DNA from: Lingula anatina
Taxonomy: Eukaryota; Animalia; Brachiopoda
Direction of reading: 5' to 3'
Assembly (NCBI GenBank): GCA_051362555.1
Contig: CM120648.1
Span: forward strand, 4,274,587 to 4,338,586
Length of the DNA stretch: 64,000 nt
Under the pieces are notes generated by a model. The model had not been told where the DNA came from and ran no database searches. It worked only from the letters and a program-made list of their open reading frames with translations. How positions within the stretch are numbered: the first letter of the stretch is position 1; every line of letters begins with the position of its first letter. The position numbers were made by a program, and so were the translations under genes. Positions 13,025-26,295 of this stretch are shown here, one piece after another.

Positions 13025-13190
13025 AGCCCTCCAGGGGTTTCGGAGGTTCGAACGAACCGCCCTTTTGCCGGTAAAAGGTCCACTTTGGGTAAAAATTTGA
13101 CTTAGATACACCAAGGTTTTATAGTAAATGGTCCATTTTTTTTTTCAGAAAAAAAGCCCCTCCCCTTCGAATTTGCTGGCTACGGACCTG
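13025..13190 (-). mobile_element. MITE family A, inverted and degenerate copy
   Basis: Reverse complement of the 1984-2151 element, ending ...tgctggctacggacctg. Confidence 0.75.
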
Positions 13191-15282
13191 TGTCCCTTTC
13201 CCAGCCACCTCTAGTGATGTACATTACACAGTATGTAACAATGCTGTGTATATTAGGTAACATGTCGTATTTAACATAATAAATGTCGGCCACGGTCAGG
13301 GAGAACTGACATACATTGTAATACGGGCCGATTCCGTAATAAAACAGAGGCAAGAACAAGCGCACTTCGTGGTTCTTCAAATTCTGTAATTTATTTTTAG
13401 TAACGAGTAGCGATTTGCCATCTTTATATTTGTATATTATTATGTATTTTTCGTGAACTAATAAATATGTAAAAAAAGTAACGATCTGTTTTGTTCACTC
13501 TCTTTTATTGTGTTCTGATGAGGCGTAGATACTGAAGATTTTAAAAATTGAATTCATGTCAGCTTTCAGAAATAAAGAAGAACGTGACAGTAGAAAGGTT
13601 GAAATATCCGAAAGGGAGACGCAATGTCGCCAACTAGAATAAATTGTCCAGAAACAGATTTAAAAAAACTTGATTTAATGTGTTATCAACGGTTCTGTGT
13701 ACACAGCGTGTCTCACGTGCAGGGGATAGGAATGATGCAATGTGCGGGTCTTGTGGTGACAGTGTGCGGATAACGATAAGAGTCCATTCACGTGAAAGAT
13801 CGTATTTTAGGTAAATTGGTGCTAAGATACGCCACACAAATATATCATTGGTACCTTTACTGGTAAATAAGCTAATTGCGATTTCAATGCTTAGATTAGT
13901 GACAGAACGAGGTGTTTCTGAAAAGAAGTAGTAAAGGACTGGGATGACACCACTAATAAGTTATAACTTCGAAAACATCAAATTACATGGTTTCCTCTTC
14001 GACATTTCCCCTTCGAGTCTAAAAAATGTACCCCTCTTCTCTGTCACGCGCTTGTGTGCTGCTGGAAAGATACTTCTGCCCCTGCTTTGATAGCCTCTAA
14101 GCCTTCCAAACAACTTTCCGTGATAACCTTCTTGAGCTTGGTAAAAAAAAGGGTTGGTGTTTTTCAAAACTGACGTTACTACAATGTGCTCCTATATGTG
14201 AGTGCCTTGTACGTCGACCTTCATGACTTTGAAGACATTGTCAAGGTCGCTGAAAGATGGGAATCAAAGAATTCTGTTCTGTTGCAGAGTATGTATCAGT
14301 TTAACTGCTGCAGCCGATGGGATAAACATCCTATCGTATCGCGAAAAATAAGATGTGGTATCTTGCTTGTGTTCTAATTTAAGAACATGTGTTCGGTGAT
14401 TGATATTTATGGACTATTTTAAGCCACTAAAAAGTAACCCCGTTGCCCTGTCGTCGATTAGATAAAGAACATAAAGATTAGTCGGCGACAAATCTAAAAC
14501 CGAATAATATCCACTCAGTTTCACTGAACTGAAAAAGTATTTAAATATTGGGATATCACAGAAACAAATATCAATTATTAATTTTCATTTTATGAAGAGA
14601 GTAAATATAAAGAGGATGGAAGGGCGAATACTACCCTCCTACTTCTAGCTGTTCTGGCATTTACAAATTCGGCCCTCAGCCCCATTTAAATCTGCTAAAA
14701 CAGCTACAAGGTATAGAATTGACGGATATCAATAGGGGCTAGCACATCCCGCGCTCTCACCAGAAAGAAAGAGAAAACCATTGGTTTGATGAGACACTAC
14801 TACAAATGACCCTAATGACACCACGGATCTTAAGAACCAGTCCAGAGAGCAAGGGGGAGGGGGTGGGGGTGGGCGGAGGGGAGGTTACCTCTCCTTCTGT
14901 ATAGGCCCCTATCCTTGATCTGGCATTGGGGAAATCCCCAATATCTATCATTTTCCATATGCATTCATACAACAGAACATTCTGCTCCTAGTTTTATTCA
15001 TTTCAAAACGTCAAAACTAAATATGCTCACGAACTCAAATTCGTTAACGATTTTGGGCAATCGCTAAAAATGGTGAAAGCTCTCTGGGAATATCTTGTGA
15101 CCCTGTGACTTGACCCTCCACGTCCTTAACCAAACATACTACCTATTTGTTTTGATCAATTTCCATATCTCTTAACTCTGTCTTAATCATCAAATTTCGC
15201 GTTGTCATCTAATACCTAATCAATATTTTGTAAGCAACGTGCACTGTGCCTTCTAGACCATTCACTAGATCCCTACTATCAG

Positions 15283-15495
15283 TGACGTCATGGATATTTC
15301 CTATGCTTATTCACGTGGTTGATAACATTTACTATATATAAACATGCGTTCAGGCTGTGTAATACCCCCATTTCAACGCTGTAAGGACGAGAAGACGTGG
15401 TACAGTCTCGGAAAAAAGACGCGCTAGTACTTGAGTGAGTCGCACTTTATCCACCGCTTACCTGAATAAACTCAATTCATCTTCACCTCAAAAGA
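15283..15495 (+). promoter_or_regulatory. Putative promoter and non-coding first exon of the profilin-like gene
   Basis: CRE palindrome TGACGTCA (15283-15290), CACGTG (15312-15317), TATATATAAA (~15333-15342), then donor A|GTAAGT at 15496; matching acceptor ttttcag at 17758 just before the ATG. Confidence 0.55.
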
Positions 15496-16305
15496 GTAAG
15501 TTTATCGTCATTGCTTTATTTGTATTTTATTTGTCAATTTATTCATCTATTCAGCTATATTTTTATTTCACTGTTATTTAATTATTTTATTTTGCAATTA
15601 ACTTTCATGACCAGATATAAAGGTTTATAACATCTCATGCAAGGTCGAATATAACGTTTTGAATAAAATATTTTGGTTTAGTTCCCATAATTTTTATAAT
15701 TTTGACGTATGATTAGGTTTGTTTTTGTTGTTGTTATTTATATATTGTAACCTTTATTGTCAATTTCACTGTTCTTATTATGCTATTATTTAGTTCTAGT
15801 TTTGAAATTTACATTTTTTTAAAACATCTTTGATCGTAAATGGGTAGAACTGATTACATGGCATATTAAACTCGTAGTGTAAGTGTAGTGTTAGGTTGAC
15901 ATTTGGTATAACACATTCTCCAGTTATCAGTGCAGGATACATTTGTGAGATATCTACTAAATATGTCGGTCAATTACTTACTGAAGAATACAGACGGTAC
16001 CTGTTCAGTGCACTGTTGTTGTTGTTGTCAACAAGTCCGTTATAGAACACGATTAACTTTTATGAATGTTTCCCCTGTGTTATTGTAAACAATCCAGTTA
16101 AATATTAACTATGGAACGCAGTTCACTTACTACTGGCGTTTCAGTAGCACGTTTTTCTGCAAACACCATAACTGAAACATCTGTTGTATTATGAATTTCT
16201 TTTTAAAGGCGCTCAATCATCATCTTAACTTTATACTTCACATTTGCAAACTTTTCAATTCTTGTAAAAAATACAAGAACCCGCTATTGTTGTGGATATT
16301 GTTAA

Positions 16306-16642
16306 AGCAATAATAACTCTTCGTTTCGGCCAAAAAATGAATTTTCCTGGAGTAAACAACAATTTTCCCATACTTACCAATGGTTAATGAATCCATTTTT
16401 ACATTCAAAGTTAGTCCCTGTTTTTTTTCTAAAAAGTTTGGTTTTTTGTTAAAATCTCTTAAGAGATTTTAACAGAGTATAGACATCAGTGGAGGTCACG
16501 TGGTCTAAAGACAAGTTCAAATATCAGAATAAAAGCTATAACTGCTGTTTTTGTGGTAAAACAGAAAATATTATATTTCTATGAGTAATTCACAAGGTTT
16601 TTATTGTGAAATATAGGTCTCATACGAAGAGTTATTATCCCT
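16306..16642. mobile_element. Kolobok-like non-autonomous element (TTAA TSD, AG...CT termini)
   Basis: ttaa|agcaataataactcttcgt ... acgaagagttattatccct|ttaa; the left ~170 bp is shared with 53476-54128. Confidence 0.75.
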
Positions 16643-17772
16643 TTAAACATTAACTAGGAACTGCACTTAACTGACTTACAATAGATAAATATCGTTTACC
16701 TGCATTCCAAAAGATAGTGTCTGTATGTGACAGTACGCGACACTAACCCCCTTACTTAAACCATTGCTTTCAATATATCAATGGATACAAATTAGACCTA
16801 TGCCTGTACATATGGAAATTTAATTAAAATGTTCTCCTTATAAAGAATATCGCCCATATCAACTCTTTCAACTACAATGGCATGGCACCATTTCTTTATT
16901 TATGATTTTTTCATTACTTAATTTACAAAGTAATTGTCTTCAAGTGATTATGACAGAGAACAAATTGCTTTAATAAATAAAATTAAATTGAAAATAAGTA
17001 TCATTTATCACTTGCTTTTAAACTTGTCTCTTAAAATATTCGGAATAAAGCAGAGAAAAGTTGGACGACGGTTTAATTTTATTATTTTATTAAAAAGGTC
17101 CATAAAACAATAAACACTACAAAATAAATGACGCAGTAAAATTTTTATGGTCACAGGTATCAAAGATAAGGGGGATCATTCATCCTAAGTAAATATTATT
17201 GTCCATAAATTGGGTATTCAAAAACAGTAAGGTGCTCTACAGTATCTATTGCCAAATATTATGATTCAAACGCACCCTAAATGTAGATGTTAAATGTAAC
17301 GAGCTTTATCCAGTTTAATCTGCCAATGCATACACTGTACAGTCAGGTAAGGGATTAATGGACCTGAATTAAAGATAACCTAAAATTTATACGCCCCCAT
17401 AGTTATGCACGTTAGGACCCAAGAGATTAAGTAAATATTATTGTTCGGGCGACTCCTAAACGTCCGACAGAAAAGATGATACGAAGACGGTTTCAAACCT
17501 GTTGCGACAGGAAAAGTTGGTAGATTGCATCAGCACACCTCTTTTACCAAATCTTATCATCTTTTCAACATTGAAAACTGACGTCTTAATGCCAATCAAA
17601 ATAACAAATTGATGCCGTCAGTGCTCCAATCAGGGTCGTTTTCAGAAGAATTTTAAGTTCTGACATGTAACCTCGTAGGTTGTAACCGGTTTTTTTTTAA
17701 TGTAATGTAGGCCCGAGGTGTGTTTCCATATACTTATGAAATCATGCTTTCTTTTCAGTAAGAAAAACCAAA

Positions 17773-18579
17773 ATGTTGGGACCAATGGAAGGGATAGCAC
17801 TGAACAGCAATGTGTCTAAGAACGGGAGCTCCTGGGGACAGCTTCTCTGGCACATTCTCCACGACAAACCGGAGCTGGTTCTCCGCAAGGGGGCGATGTT
17901 GTACAGTTCCGGTGAAGTTGCAGCTGCTTCGTATGGATTTGGTATTACCTCGCAGGAACTGAAGGTAAATAAATCTGTCATTTTTTTATGCGTCTTGGGG
18001 TTAACCTTTCCTTTATACTAGTTATTGTTGGCCAGGCCTTTTGTACAACTTAGAGTGTAAGAGATTTTTTTGAAAGGGAAGAGACAACTGAAATGAATGA
18101 TCTCAACCAAGGCTAATTACTAGTCCTGTCACAAAGGCTACTTCGTATCATAACGCACATTTTAAGAATATAGTTATCAACTCGAACTCAACGCCTTACT
18201 GTAAAACATCAGGTCACGGGATCATCCATTTGCCGGTACAGTTCTGCCTGTACTGAATCCAAATAACTAGTTTCTGCTAATATAGCATTTTCTTTGCAAG
18301 AAATTTCTAATTTTTCCATTGTTGTTATGTTTGTAGGCAATAAAAGAAGCCATGGACAGCAGCAGCCACAGAGAAACGATCCACATCCAGGGCGTCACGT
18401 ATTGCGTCAAGGTCAACACCCCTAATACGTTGCTTGCCTGGAATGGCGGGAAATACCTGATCGTCTGTCGCTCAAAGCAGCTTTACCTCGTGACGCACTG
18501 CGCCTCCCGCAGCAAAAAAGATGACGCCCGAAAATGGCTGACAAGGTTTGCGTCAAAACTTGTCGAACAAAATTATTGA
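17773..18579 (+). CDS. Divergent profilin-like protein; exons 17773-17964, 18337-18579 (~144 aa)
   Basis: SWGQLL..KGAML..GEVAAASYGFGITSQELK|AI..IHIQGVTY..YLIVCRSKQLYLV..FASKLVEQNY* follows the profilin pattern and size; phase-0 GT-AG intron; AATAAA at ~19060. Confidence 0.72.
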
Positions 18580-19340
18580 CTCAAAGCTGAATAGATTTTA
18601 TGTGGAAATTAAAATCGGAGATGAGCCCCTCTCTCCTGCCGTCGACTGAGTTTTACGACATGACGTAACATCTGTCACTGCTCCTGCACCTCGACCCGAA
18701 ACCTCGCTCAGTGCTCCTGTACGCCCTGGCATTGTGCGTGCTTGGGGCCGATTGGGAATGAGTAGACCTGTAGTACATCCCCGATAGAGATGGAAAGGCG
18801 GGAAAAGACTTTCGCGTGAGTGGGAAAAACACAGAGATACCACAGTGTTGCCCCCATTGGTAGACTTTTAAACTCGAGATTGATTAAAATTTGAAAATGT
18901 AAGAGAAAAGAAGCAGCGTTTTGAGGATCAAAAATGTTTTGGCAAATGGATGAAGTGAGGCAACGTTGTTAAAGACTTTGGAGAGATTAATTTCAAAAAC
19001 GTTTAACACTAAATCGCACTCACTGAGTGCCAATGTAAGAAAATAATTCTTTGTGTTTTAATAAAATATCAAATTTAAATTAGTATTGCATTGCAAGAGT
19101 TACTTCATTTATGCCGGTAAATCAAAGAAAGGGATCATATATTTGTGTCAACTTGTGTCATCAGGAACAACACTGTCTTAAAAAGTACGGCTTTATTTTT
19201 TAAGTAACACTTGGATGTTTCACCAATAACAAAAACGACAATAAAGGTCGCCAACAACAATGACTATAATGTAGATCGCGTAGCGATCAAGATATGACCC
19301 GTCTTATTCTCAGAACAAAACATTTTAAAGTTAAAAGATG

Positions 19341-22221
19341 TTATCCTCCCTTCCAACTATATTTTTCATGTTTTAAAATCGATGCAAGTTCTTTATTAAA
19401 GGGTTCGTAGAAGTCGGTTAAAATTTTTCTGGTTTCCTTTAACATTGGGATTTTATTTGGCGTCCGGTTTGAAGGAACTTTCAGTGTTATTCTTCTTTCT
19501 TCTCTCTTTGTCAATGGACCTGAAATTATTTTTCAAATCCGAGTCAGCTTATTTAATAGTTAGATTAAATGATGCATATGAATTATTTTGTGGCAAGCAA
19601 TGACGTTGACAATTACCTGAAGTACCTTATGATAAGGATGTTTCCCTTCACGCAAAAATTATATGAATAATCCAAATATAACGCGCCTTTATTAAACAAA
19701 TATGTTTCATAACTGGAATAATTTTTTACAAAATATCCAATGGACAAAAAGTTTCTTACTACAAGTAGATCAAGGGCTTTAGTTCCATGTTAAGTCTTTA
19801 TTACCCATCTAAGCACACAAAAAATATAAGTCAAAGGTGGAGAAAACGAATTATATACTCACGCAAATCTAAAAATTCAAAAACTTTTCGTAATGTGTCG
19901 AGCTGATTTTTCACGTAATCTTCGAAACGCAAAATGAGCACCTGTCGGGGAGAGAAAGCCCGGATCCAGTCAGTCACGTGCACGCTGTACATTCCAATGC
20001 TTAGTCGTGCGATCTGAAATGTACAAGAAATAGGAGACAAACGGACTCGTTATATAGAGAATGCTCACAGATGAAAGCTATTTGATCTCAGACTCCAATC
20101 CAAAGTAGATATTCTGCTTTACCATCAAGTATCCAAAACGGGAGCTTGACGGGGTTGCTGAAACCGTTTTTTTTTTTTTAATCAAATGAAGGCAGATAAA
20201 AGAGATAAGAGACACTGGAAGAAACATTTCCCAAACAAGATAATATCAAATAAACTACTCAATCAATTACGTACTATATTATTCTAAAACCTACCTCACA
20301 GAAGCACTCTTTACTCCAGGGACGGTAGAGCCGCACTGTCCTATTGTGTACACAACTGCGGACAGAGTGCCTCATGCGGCAGTCGTTGAATATTTTTACC
20401 CCTTCTACTACTGCCCTGTGGAAGACTTCCGGCCTTTTGCCAACCCGTTTGGCCAGGTATAAAAAGTCCGAATAAACCCTAAAAAGACCAAATCGTTTTT
20501 TTTATTCAATGTCGCATTTTAAGATAAAAAGAATACTCAAAGTTACACAATAAGTGCATGCTTAATCAATTTTGCTGAAAAACTCAAAACTTCCCCCTCA
20601 ATCACGTCATGGCTAGAGTACACCTTATCCAAATCACTTGGCAAAATTACGAACTTTAAATCCGAGCCGAGTTTGATTTTTTAAGTTTTTCGGTTTTTTT
20701 TTTCGTACGTAATAGACCGGCCGTAGTCTCCGAGAGGGAGACGCGACGTCATCACCTAGACCAATTAATCATCAGTAATAGTAATAGATTTCAATAGATA
20801 TAGTTTATTTTATGGAGATGAGAATTGGTAAACTTTTCTCGTAACGGTAAAAATGAGAAATTTAAAACTCTAAAGTGGGTTTACAGATCGTCATTTTCTC
20901 AAAGATTTTATGTAGTGCCACCCATATGATTAAAGAGGAAATTGCAGACTTTTCCAGAAAATATTTTGCTATAATACGTCTAACGTGTTTTGTATGCCTT
21001 TAATAAAACTTAATTAAAGCACAATGACAGATTACTAGTACATGATACTAAGAAACAGTGGTGAGGTATTAAAAAGAGTGTGGTGTCGAATTTGACCCGT
21101 ACCTTTCAACGGGATTTCTTAAAATAATGATAATTTTAGCATTTGGTTGTAACTGCTTCATATAGTCAGCAACTACGTATGTTGGTTCACCGGAAGTGAC
21201 GTTATTCCCGAGTCTTTCGTCCCAAAAGTCGTTAAACCAAAACGTCGTAGGACTAGCCTCTCCTGTGGAAATAGATAGGAAATAAATGAAATATGGATTT
21301 ATTTGAAATATCAACTTTATAATATATCTGGATAATATATTGATATTACGGCAACACTGTTCCTTACCAGAACTTAATATATTCATGGTATTTAAGAATA
21401 GGGTTGATGTGATTTCATTTAACACCACCATTCTCTAAAGCACATTAATTTCAGCATATTTCCAGCCGTTTTCTGCATTGCCATAAATGAAACCCCCACA
21501 GTTTTCCATTCAGAAGTATACCTGTGTTAAACAAAATATACTGCGCTGGATGGACAGACATTTTTCTTTTGAATTCGTCCAACATAAGGGAAACTATAGG
21601 GAAAGGCATCAATCTAGACAAGCTTTCGAAGTCTTTCCCTTGGCTAATGACGCCATACGTACAGTCCCAACGGATTAAAAATTCCTTGGTTTGCCTCGCT
21701 TTGCACGCTGTGCCTTTTTTTCTTTGGGGTGAGGGGGGAGAAAAATCCAAACCTTAGAAAGAGCACCTGCCCATTGTATTACATGTACACCAATTTTCCT
21801 TTTTGACCACGAATATGCAATACCAGGAAATTAGATATCTAATATCTTAGTAATACATATATACATGTAGTAGAATGACTTTGTCCATGCTGTCTGCACT
21901 TTACCTGTAATTCTGATATGTATGGGACCGTCTTTGGGGTTGCATTTCATGCACTTTTGTTCTGCTATTGCTTTGGCAGCCATGTCGAACAGTTCTACGT
22001 ACTGCGAAAAGGGCACGGACATGCTCTTGCTTCCTAAAAATAAGGAAAGTTTTTAGTCTTAGTTCACCTGGCCCCGGTTTCACAAAATACTTCAGCTCCC
22101 TGGCTTAGTTGACTAGGATTTCCATGAGAGTGCTGTTGCACTGCTCCTTATAGGGTAAAATATGCCCATGTGACCATGTAGCCTTGGTAATTAAGTTCTT
22201 AGCTAGGGAACCTGAGTTAAG

Positions 22222-22279
<58 letters not shown>

Positions 22280-25200
22280 GAAACAGGGGCCTGCTTGAAG
22301 CTCCAAACTCATCACTTTCTTTTAAATGGGACTTCATCCACCCAATACTATAACTTACTACACTTACAAATATATTTATTATAGATAAGCTGTTAACTCA
22401 ATCCTGTCTTTTTAAAAAAATATCAATACGTTTTGTAATGTTAATGAACATTTGGCATGCACAGTGTCTTTCAATCGCGAGTCAAATAATATGTATTCGC
22501 ACGTAACACAATTCCACAAATAATACTAGTTTATCATGCTACATGTTCATGTCCCCCTAAACACTGTATTCTACCAAGTCAACATTGGTCCTATAAGCTA
22601 CAAAAAACTATATCTGTTTTTACAGGTATTACACTGCCATATCCAGTACATATACATGTAGTTGCTTTGAATAATGTATAAATAAAAATAAACACTTATT
22701 GTTTCGATAACTCGTAATTGACCGAGGATAATTTTTATCAATTTTTTTCTCACCAAAGTTTCGTCGTCCCCACCACTGCGGCTCCTTCAACATGCCTTGG
22801 GCCATATCCGGATGCTGAGAAATCCGGTCATACAGATCGGTCGTTCCGGCCTTCGCCACGCCCACCAGGTAAAAATATGGAAGACACCGTAAATGTTGAG
22901 AAAAATGGCGCCCTCTCAGGAAAGCAAGGAAGTTTTTCAAAATGTTAAATTTTTGGGTGAATGTTTTCCCGTCCGCCCAGTGGTTGTTAGCATACATGGA
23001 GTCCAGTTTAGCGGGGATCTGTTCGTACCAACAAGGGTTTTTAAAGTTTGGGTCGAATTTCAGTGGTGTCTGTAAAAAAAAAAGCCATACATATAATATA
23101 TCCAAATATGCCAATATTATGTCAGTTTTTAAGTCTTGCAAAATAAAGGTGAATTAATGAGTGAACACCCTTGACTACTGGTAAATAAAGCCCAACAGGA
23201 ATATTTTCTCCAAAAGGTAATGATGCTGACTTAATATAATATAATATAATATAATATAATATAATATAATATAATATAATATAATATAATATAACGCAAT
23301 CCAACCATACAATAAAGCACTGAAACAAACTGCAGCCTAAAAACAGTTGTTTCCCTATTACCCCACATAACAAAACTGACCGGCCTCTCTGCTCCACACT
23401 CAAGCCTATCCTAATTGATATGATAACAAGATGTGTGTGCTCTTGTCGATTCTTCATTTACCTGCACGTTTCTTTACTGCCCTGTCGACGTGCAGTATTA
23501 CCCATCGTGATTAATGGCACGCGTTTACAAACCAATCACAGGCATATTTTATGCAACAGGTTTCAAATATCATCTCTGACAAACCAAAAAGAGAATGCCA
23601 TAGATTTAAAGCACAGGTCAATCTGGACCCACTTCTTAGCACTCTACTGTGGGGGCATTCTGAGTTTCATGATGTTATTGAAAACTCTCTTTTATTGTCA
23701 GTATGCTCAACTGTTTTTAATGCCTTTACTGGAAACTTACTGTGAAGTTAGATAATAGTAGTTAGTTTCTAGTCACGGTATGACCTCTTAGTGACTATGT
23801 GAGCGACCCACCCCCAACCCCTAAAGGCAGATCGGTGTCGATATATAATCAATTTTTAAAGTCGAATCAGTCCGCATCTTATCAGCTTCGCATCCGCGGA
23901 CCCCCCCCCCCCCTTCAAATAATCCTGGATCCGCCCCTGCATGTAGGCCTACATGTAGGGGGGTGAGGGGGGAGAAACATCCAAACCTTAGAAAGAGCAC
24001 TTGCCCATTGTACCACACCAATTCTCCTTTTTGACCACGAATATGCAATACCAGGAAATTAGATATCTAATATCTTGGTAATACATATATACATGTAGTG
24101 GAATGACTTTGTCCATGCTGTCTGCACTTTACCTGTAATTCTGGTATGTATGCTCCCTTTGTGGTGGATATGAAAAACTGCACATTTTGAAATTGCAATT
24201 GACTGCAGCTACCAATTTTGTGGTCACATATTCATTGACAGTGTGCACATGTTACAGAATGAGATTTAATGAAAAAATCCACAAGAACTCTTAAGTGTGT
24301 GATAAAGTTACCACATATGCATGAGCCACCGTCATTCAGACCCCTAAAAAGCACAACTAACAAGGTCCTTTAACAGCTATTCACTGACAGACCTGACTCT
24401 TTATTAACTAAGAATGGACATTAGTCTTAAGTCATATTTTCTCTGATACTTGAATTTGCCATTCATATGCAGCAAAATAATCAAAAACATTCATTTAAGT
24501 TCTACTACGTACCCTAACCCCAAGCGTCTTGTATATTTCCTCTGATATGACCCGCTTCCGTTCGTCACCATCACTAGTATCACTATTTCCACCTTTCTGT
24601 AAGAAAGTTGAGTTTGTGGGACGACGGTCGAGCCGTAAAGGAGTGGACGGCTTAGGAGGGGTTGGTGGAAGTTTGGCTTGCCCAACTGGAGCGCCCGCGA
24701 CATCAAGGTCCGGCAGGTGTCCTAAAATCAAAGGGTCCCGGGTCTTGTTGAGTTTTTGAGGGGGTCCAGTGTACACACGAACAGAGGCTCCTGGAAAAGT
24801 GGATAAGAGACAATTTTTAAAATTGAAATACGTAATGGTATTTATAGGGTAGATGTATCACAGGAACGATTCCCCAAATCGTATTCCCATAGATTTTAGA
24901 TCGATCTATCCTCGTGGGGAGTCTCACTAGATTACTGTCAGATAATCTTAAATGTCCGTCCCGCCTACTACAAGCTGTAAGGGGATAATTAACTTTCGTG
25001 CCCGCTCGGCTGACAGCTATTTAGCGTGAACCCCCAGGGAGTTAGGTCGATCTAGTTTGGATCGATCTAATTTCTGGGAATGGGGTCTATCTCTGTTATA
25101 CCGCATTCCGCTCTGAGGCTCCATTACGTGACTCTACAGGATATACTAAGATAATTTTGTAGTTTTCTCATACAGTCTTTATAAACAAAACCGCTTCAGT

Positions 25201-26295
25201 TTCGGTAGTCTATACAATAATGTAACAATGATGCGGCTTATTTCCTTTGAAGATACCGAACGAATGCACGGTATTCATGGATGTACATTTGTTTAATACT
25301 GAAGTACATGAATTACGCCTGAGGATCTACGAAAATCAATAAGTATAGGAGGGGATCGAGGGTGTGATGGAGGGGGAGGTAGGGTCTTCATAATACTAGC
25401 TACTGCACCAGGGCAAATATAAAGCAGTACACGCGTTCTTTTACAATAATATATTCAGGGCACAGAAATGGAGAATTTTAATTAATTTGTTTTGTCTACT
25501 TTCGCTTGTTAAACTGATTTTTGTAGAGTGTGTGTGAGGGGGGGGGGGAGTATGGAAAGATGGGGATACGGTACATGTACATTGTAACAACGTACCTTCG
25601 AAGCAGATAATGAAGAAATAGTCTGTCCACTATATGCCCCCCTCCCTCCCCCCAGGATTCACCACTGATTTATTATTGTAAAAAGCCTTCTCTATTTAAT
25701 ATATGTAAGTTGGACCCCTAATGCCCACATTAACTCACTTGATTTCATGGTATGATACGTCGAGGCCATTAATACGGCTTTAATACTTGGCGTGGGGTTA
25801 GCGTGCGGGCAGTTGTGTTTAATGACTTACTACGATATACGGGTAGTCTATTTACAAGTGCCACGAGTCAATTTCTAAACAACACCCTGGGTTCAAAGGC
25901 TAGGAAAAATAATATATGTCTATTACTCGCACACCCATGCCGTAGTATCCTTTGCACACCGAGAAAAAATGTCTTTTTCACAGCTGTGCACATCCTTATC
26001 TCGTTACTGACATCGCATCCCAGTCGGTGAAATTAGGAGATTTAAAGAGCAGTCTTTCTAAATGAAGGCTTTGTCGTAGAGGGACATATAGATCGCCTAC
26101 CGTGGTACAATAAATAAAGCGTGAAACAGCATATGAATGGTAATAACATTGCTTACCTGGTATTTGCAGCGCAATTTTAGCAGTGTACTGAAACTCCACA
26201 CCCAGAAAACCGACCATAATCCCGACCATGCACAGCAGCAAAATGACTCCAAATCCTCTCTTGGATAGACCTGTAAAACAGACCAGCGACTCCAT
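19341..26295 (-). CDS. Carbohydrate sulfotransferase 15-like (GalNAc4S-6ST-like), type II membrane; exons 26295-26157, 24790-24513, 23069-22754, 22033-21905, 21262-21103, 20478-20295, 20013-19863, 19519-19341 (~511 aa)
   Basis: N-terminal TM anchor, FKNPCW, LRCLPYFYLVGVAKAGTTDL (5'PSB), KEPQWW, TGEAS, ILRNPVERVYSDFLY (3'PB), ML.ET..IL.DFY.PFN..LA; all intron phases compatible. One-to-one CHST15 orthology not established. Confidence 0.9.
22071..22290. mobile_element. Harbinger-like MITE with an internal poly-T tract
   Basis: ctg|gccccggtttca ... tgaaacaggggc|ctg: 12-bp TIR with one mismatch and CTG on both flanks. Confidence 0.6.
23235..23293. repeat. (ATAAT)n pentanucleotide microsatellite
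   Basis: Directly visible. Confidence 0.95.
23960..24152. repeat. Local direct duplication of 21726-21924 (last 20 nt of sulfotransferase exon 4, its donor and intron)
   Basis: Near-identical blocks, e.g. gaccacgaatatgcaataccaggaaattagatatctaatatctt and tgactttgtccatgctgtctgcactttacctgtaattctg. Confidence 0.9.
24870..25087. mobile_element. Second, inverted copy of the Harbinger-like MITE at 2754-2979
   Basis: Reverse-complement match along the whole length (gtggggagtctcactagattactgtcag; ttagcgtgaaccccca). Confidence 0.78.

Larger units (their letters stand above)
1..13050 (+). repeat. Tandem segmental duplication (~1-6370 and ~7200-13050) carrying the two ADH genes
   Basis: Homology extends through upstream DNA (1-540 vs ~7210-7720), most introns and downstream DNA (~5730-6370 vs ~12445-13050). 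Confidence 0.9.

Noticed and set aside
13200-15250. Short ORFs between ADH copy 2 and the profilin-like promoter
   Set aside because: No recognisable motifs or consistent exon chain; treated as intergenic.
23890-23940. GGATCCGCCCCTG-type element ends (similar bits at ~6568 and ~25655)
   Set aside because: Only single ends are visible, with no paired TIR or TSD to delimit an element.
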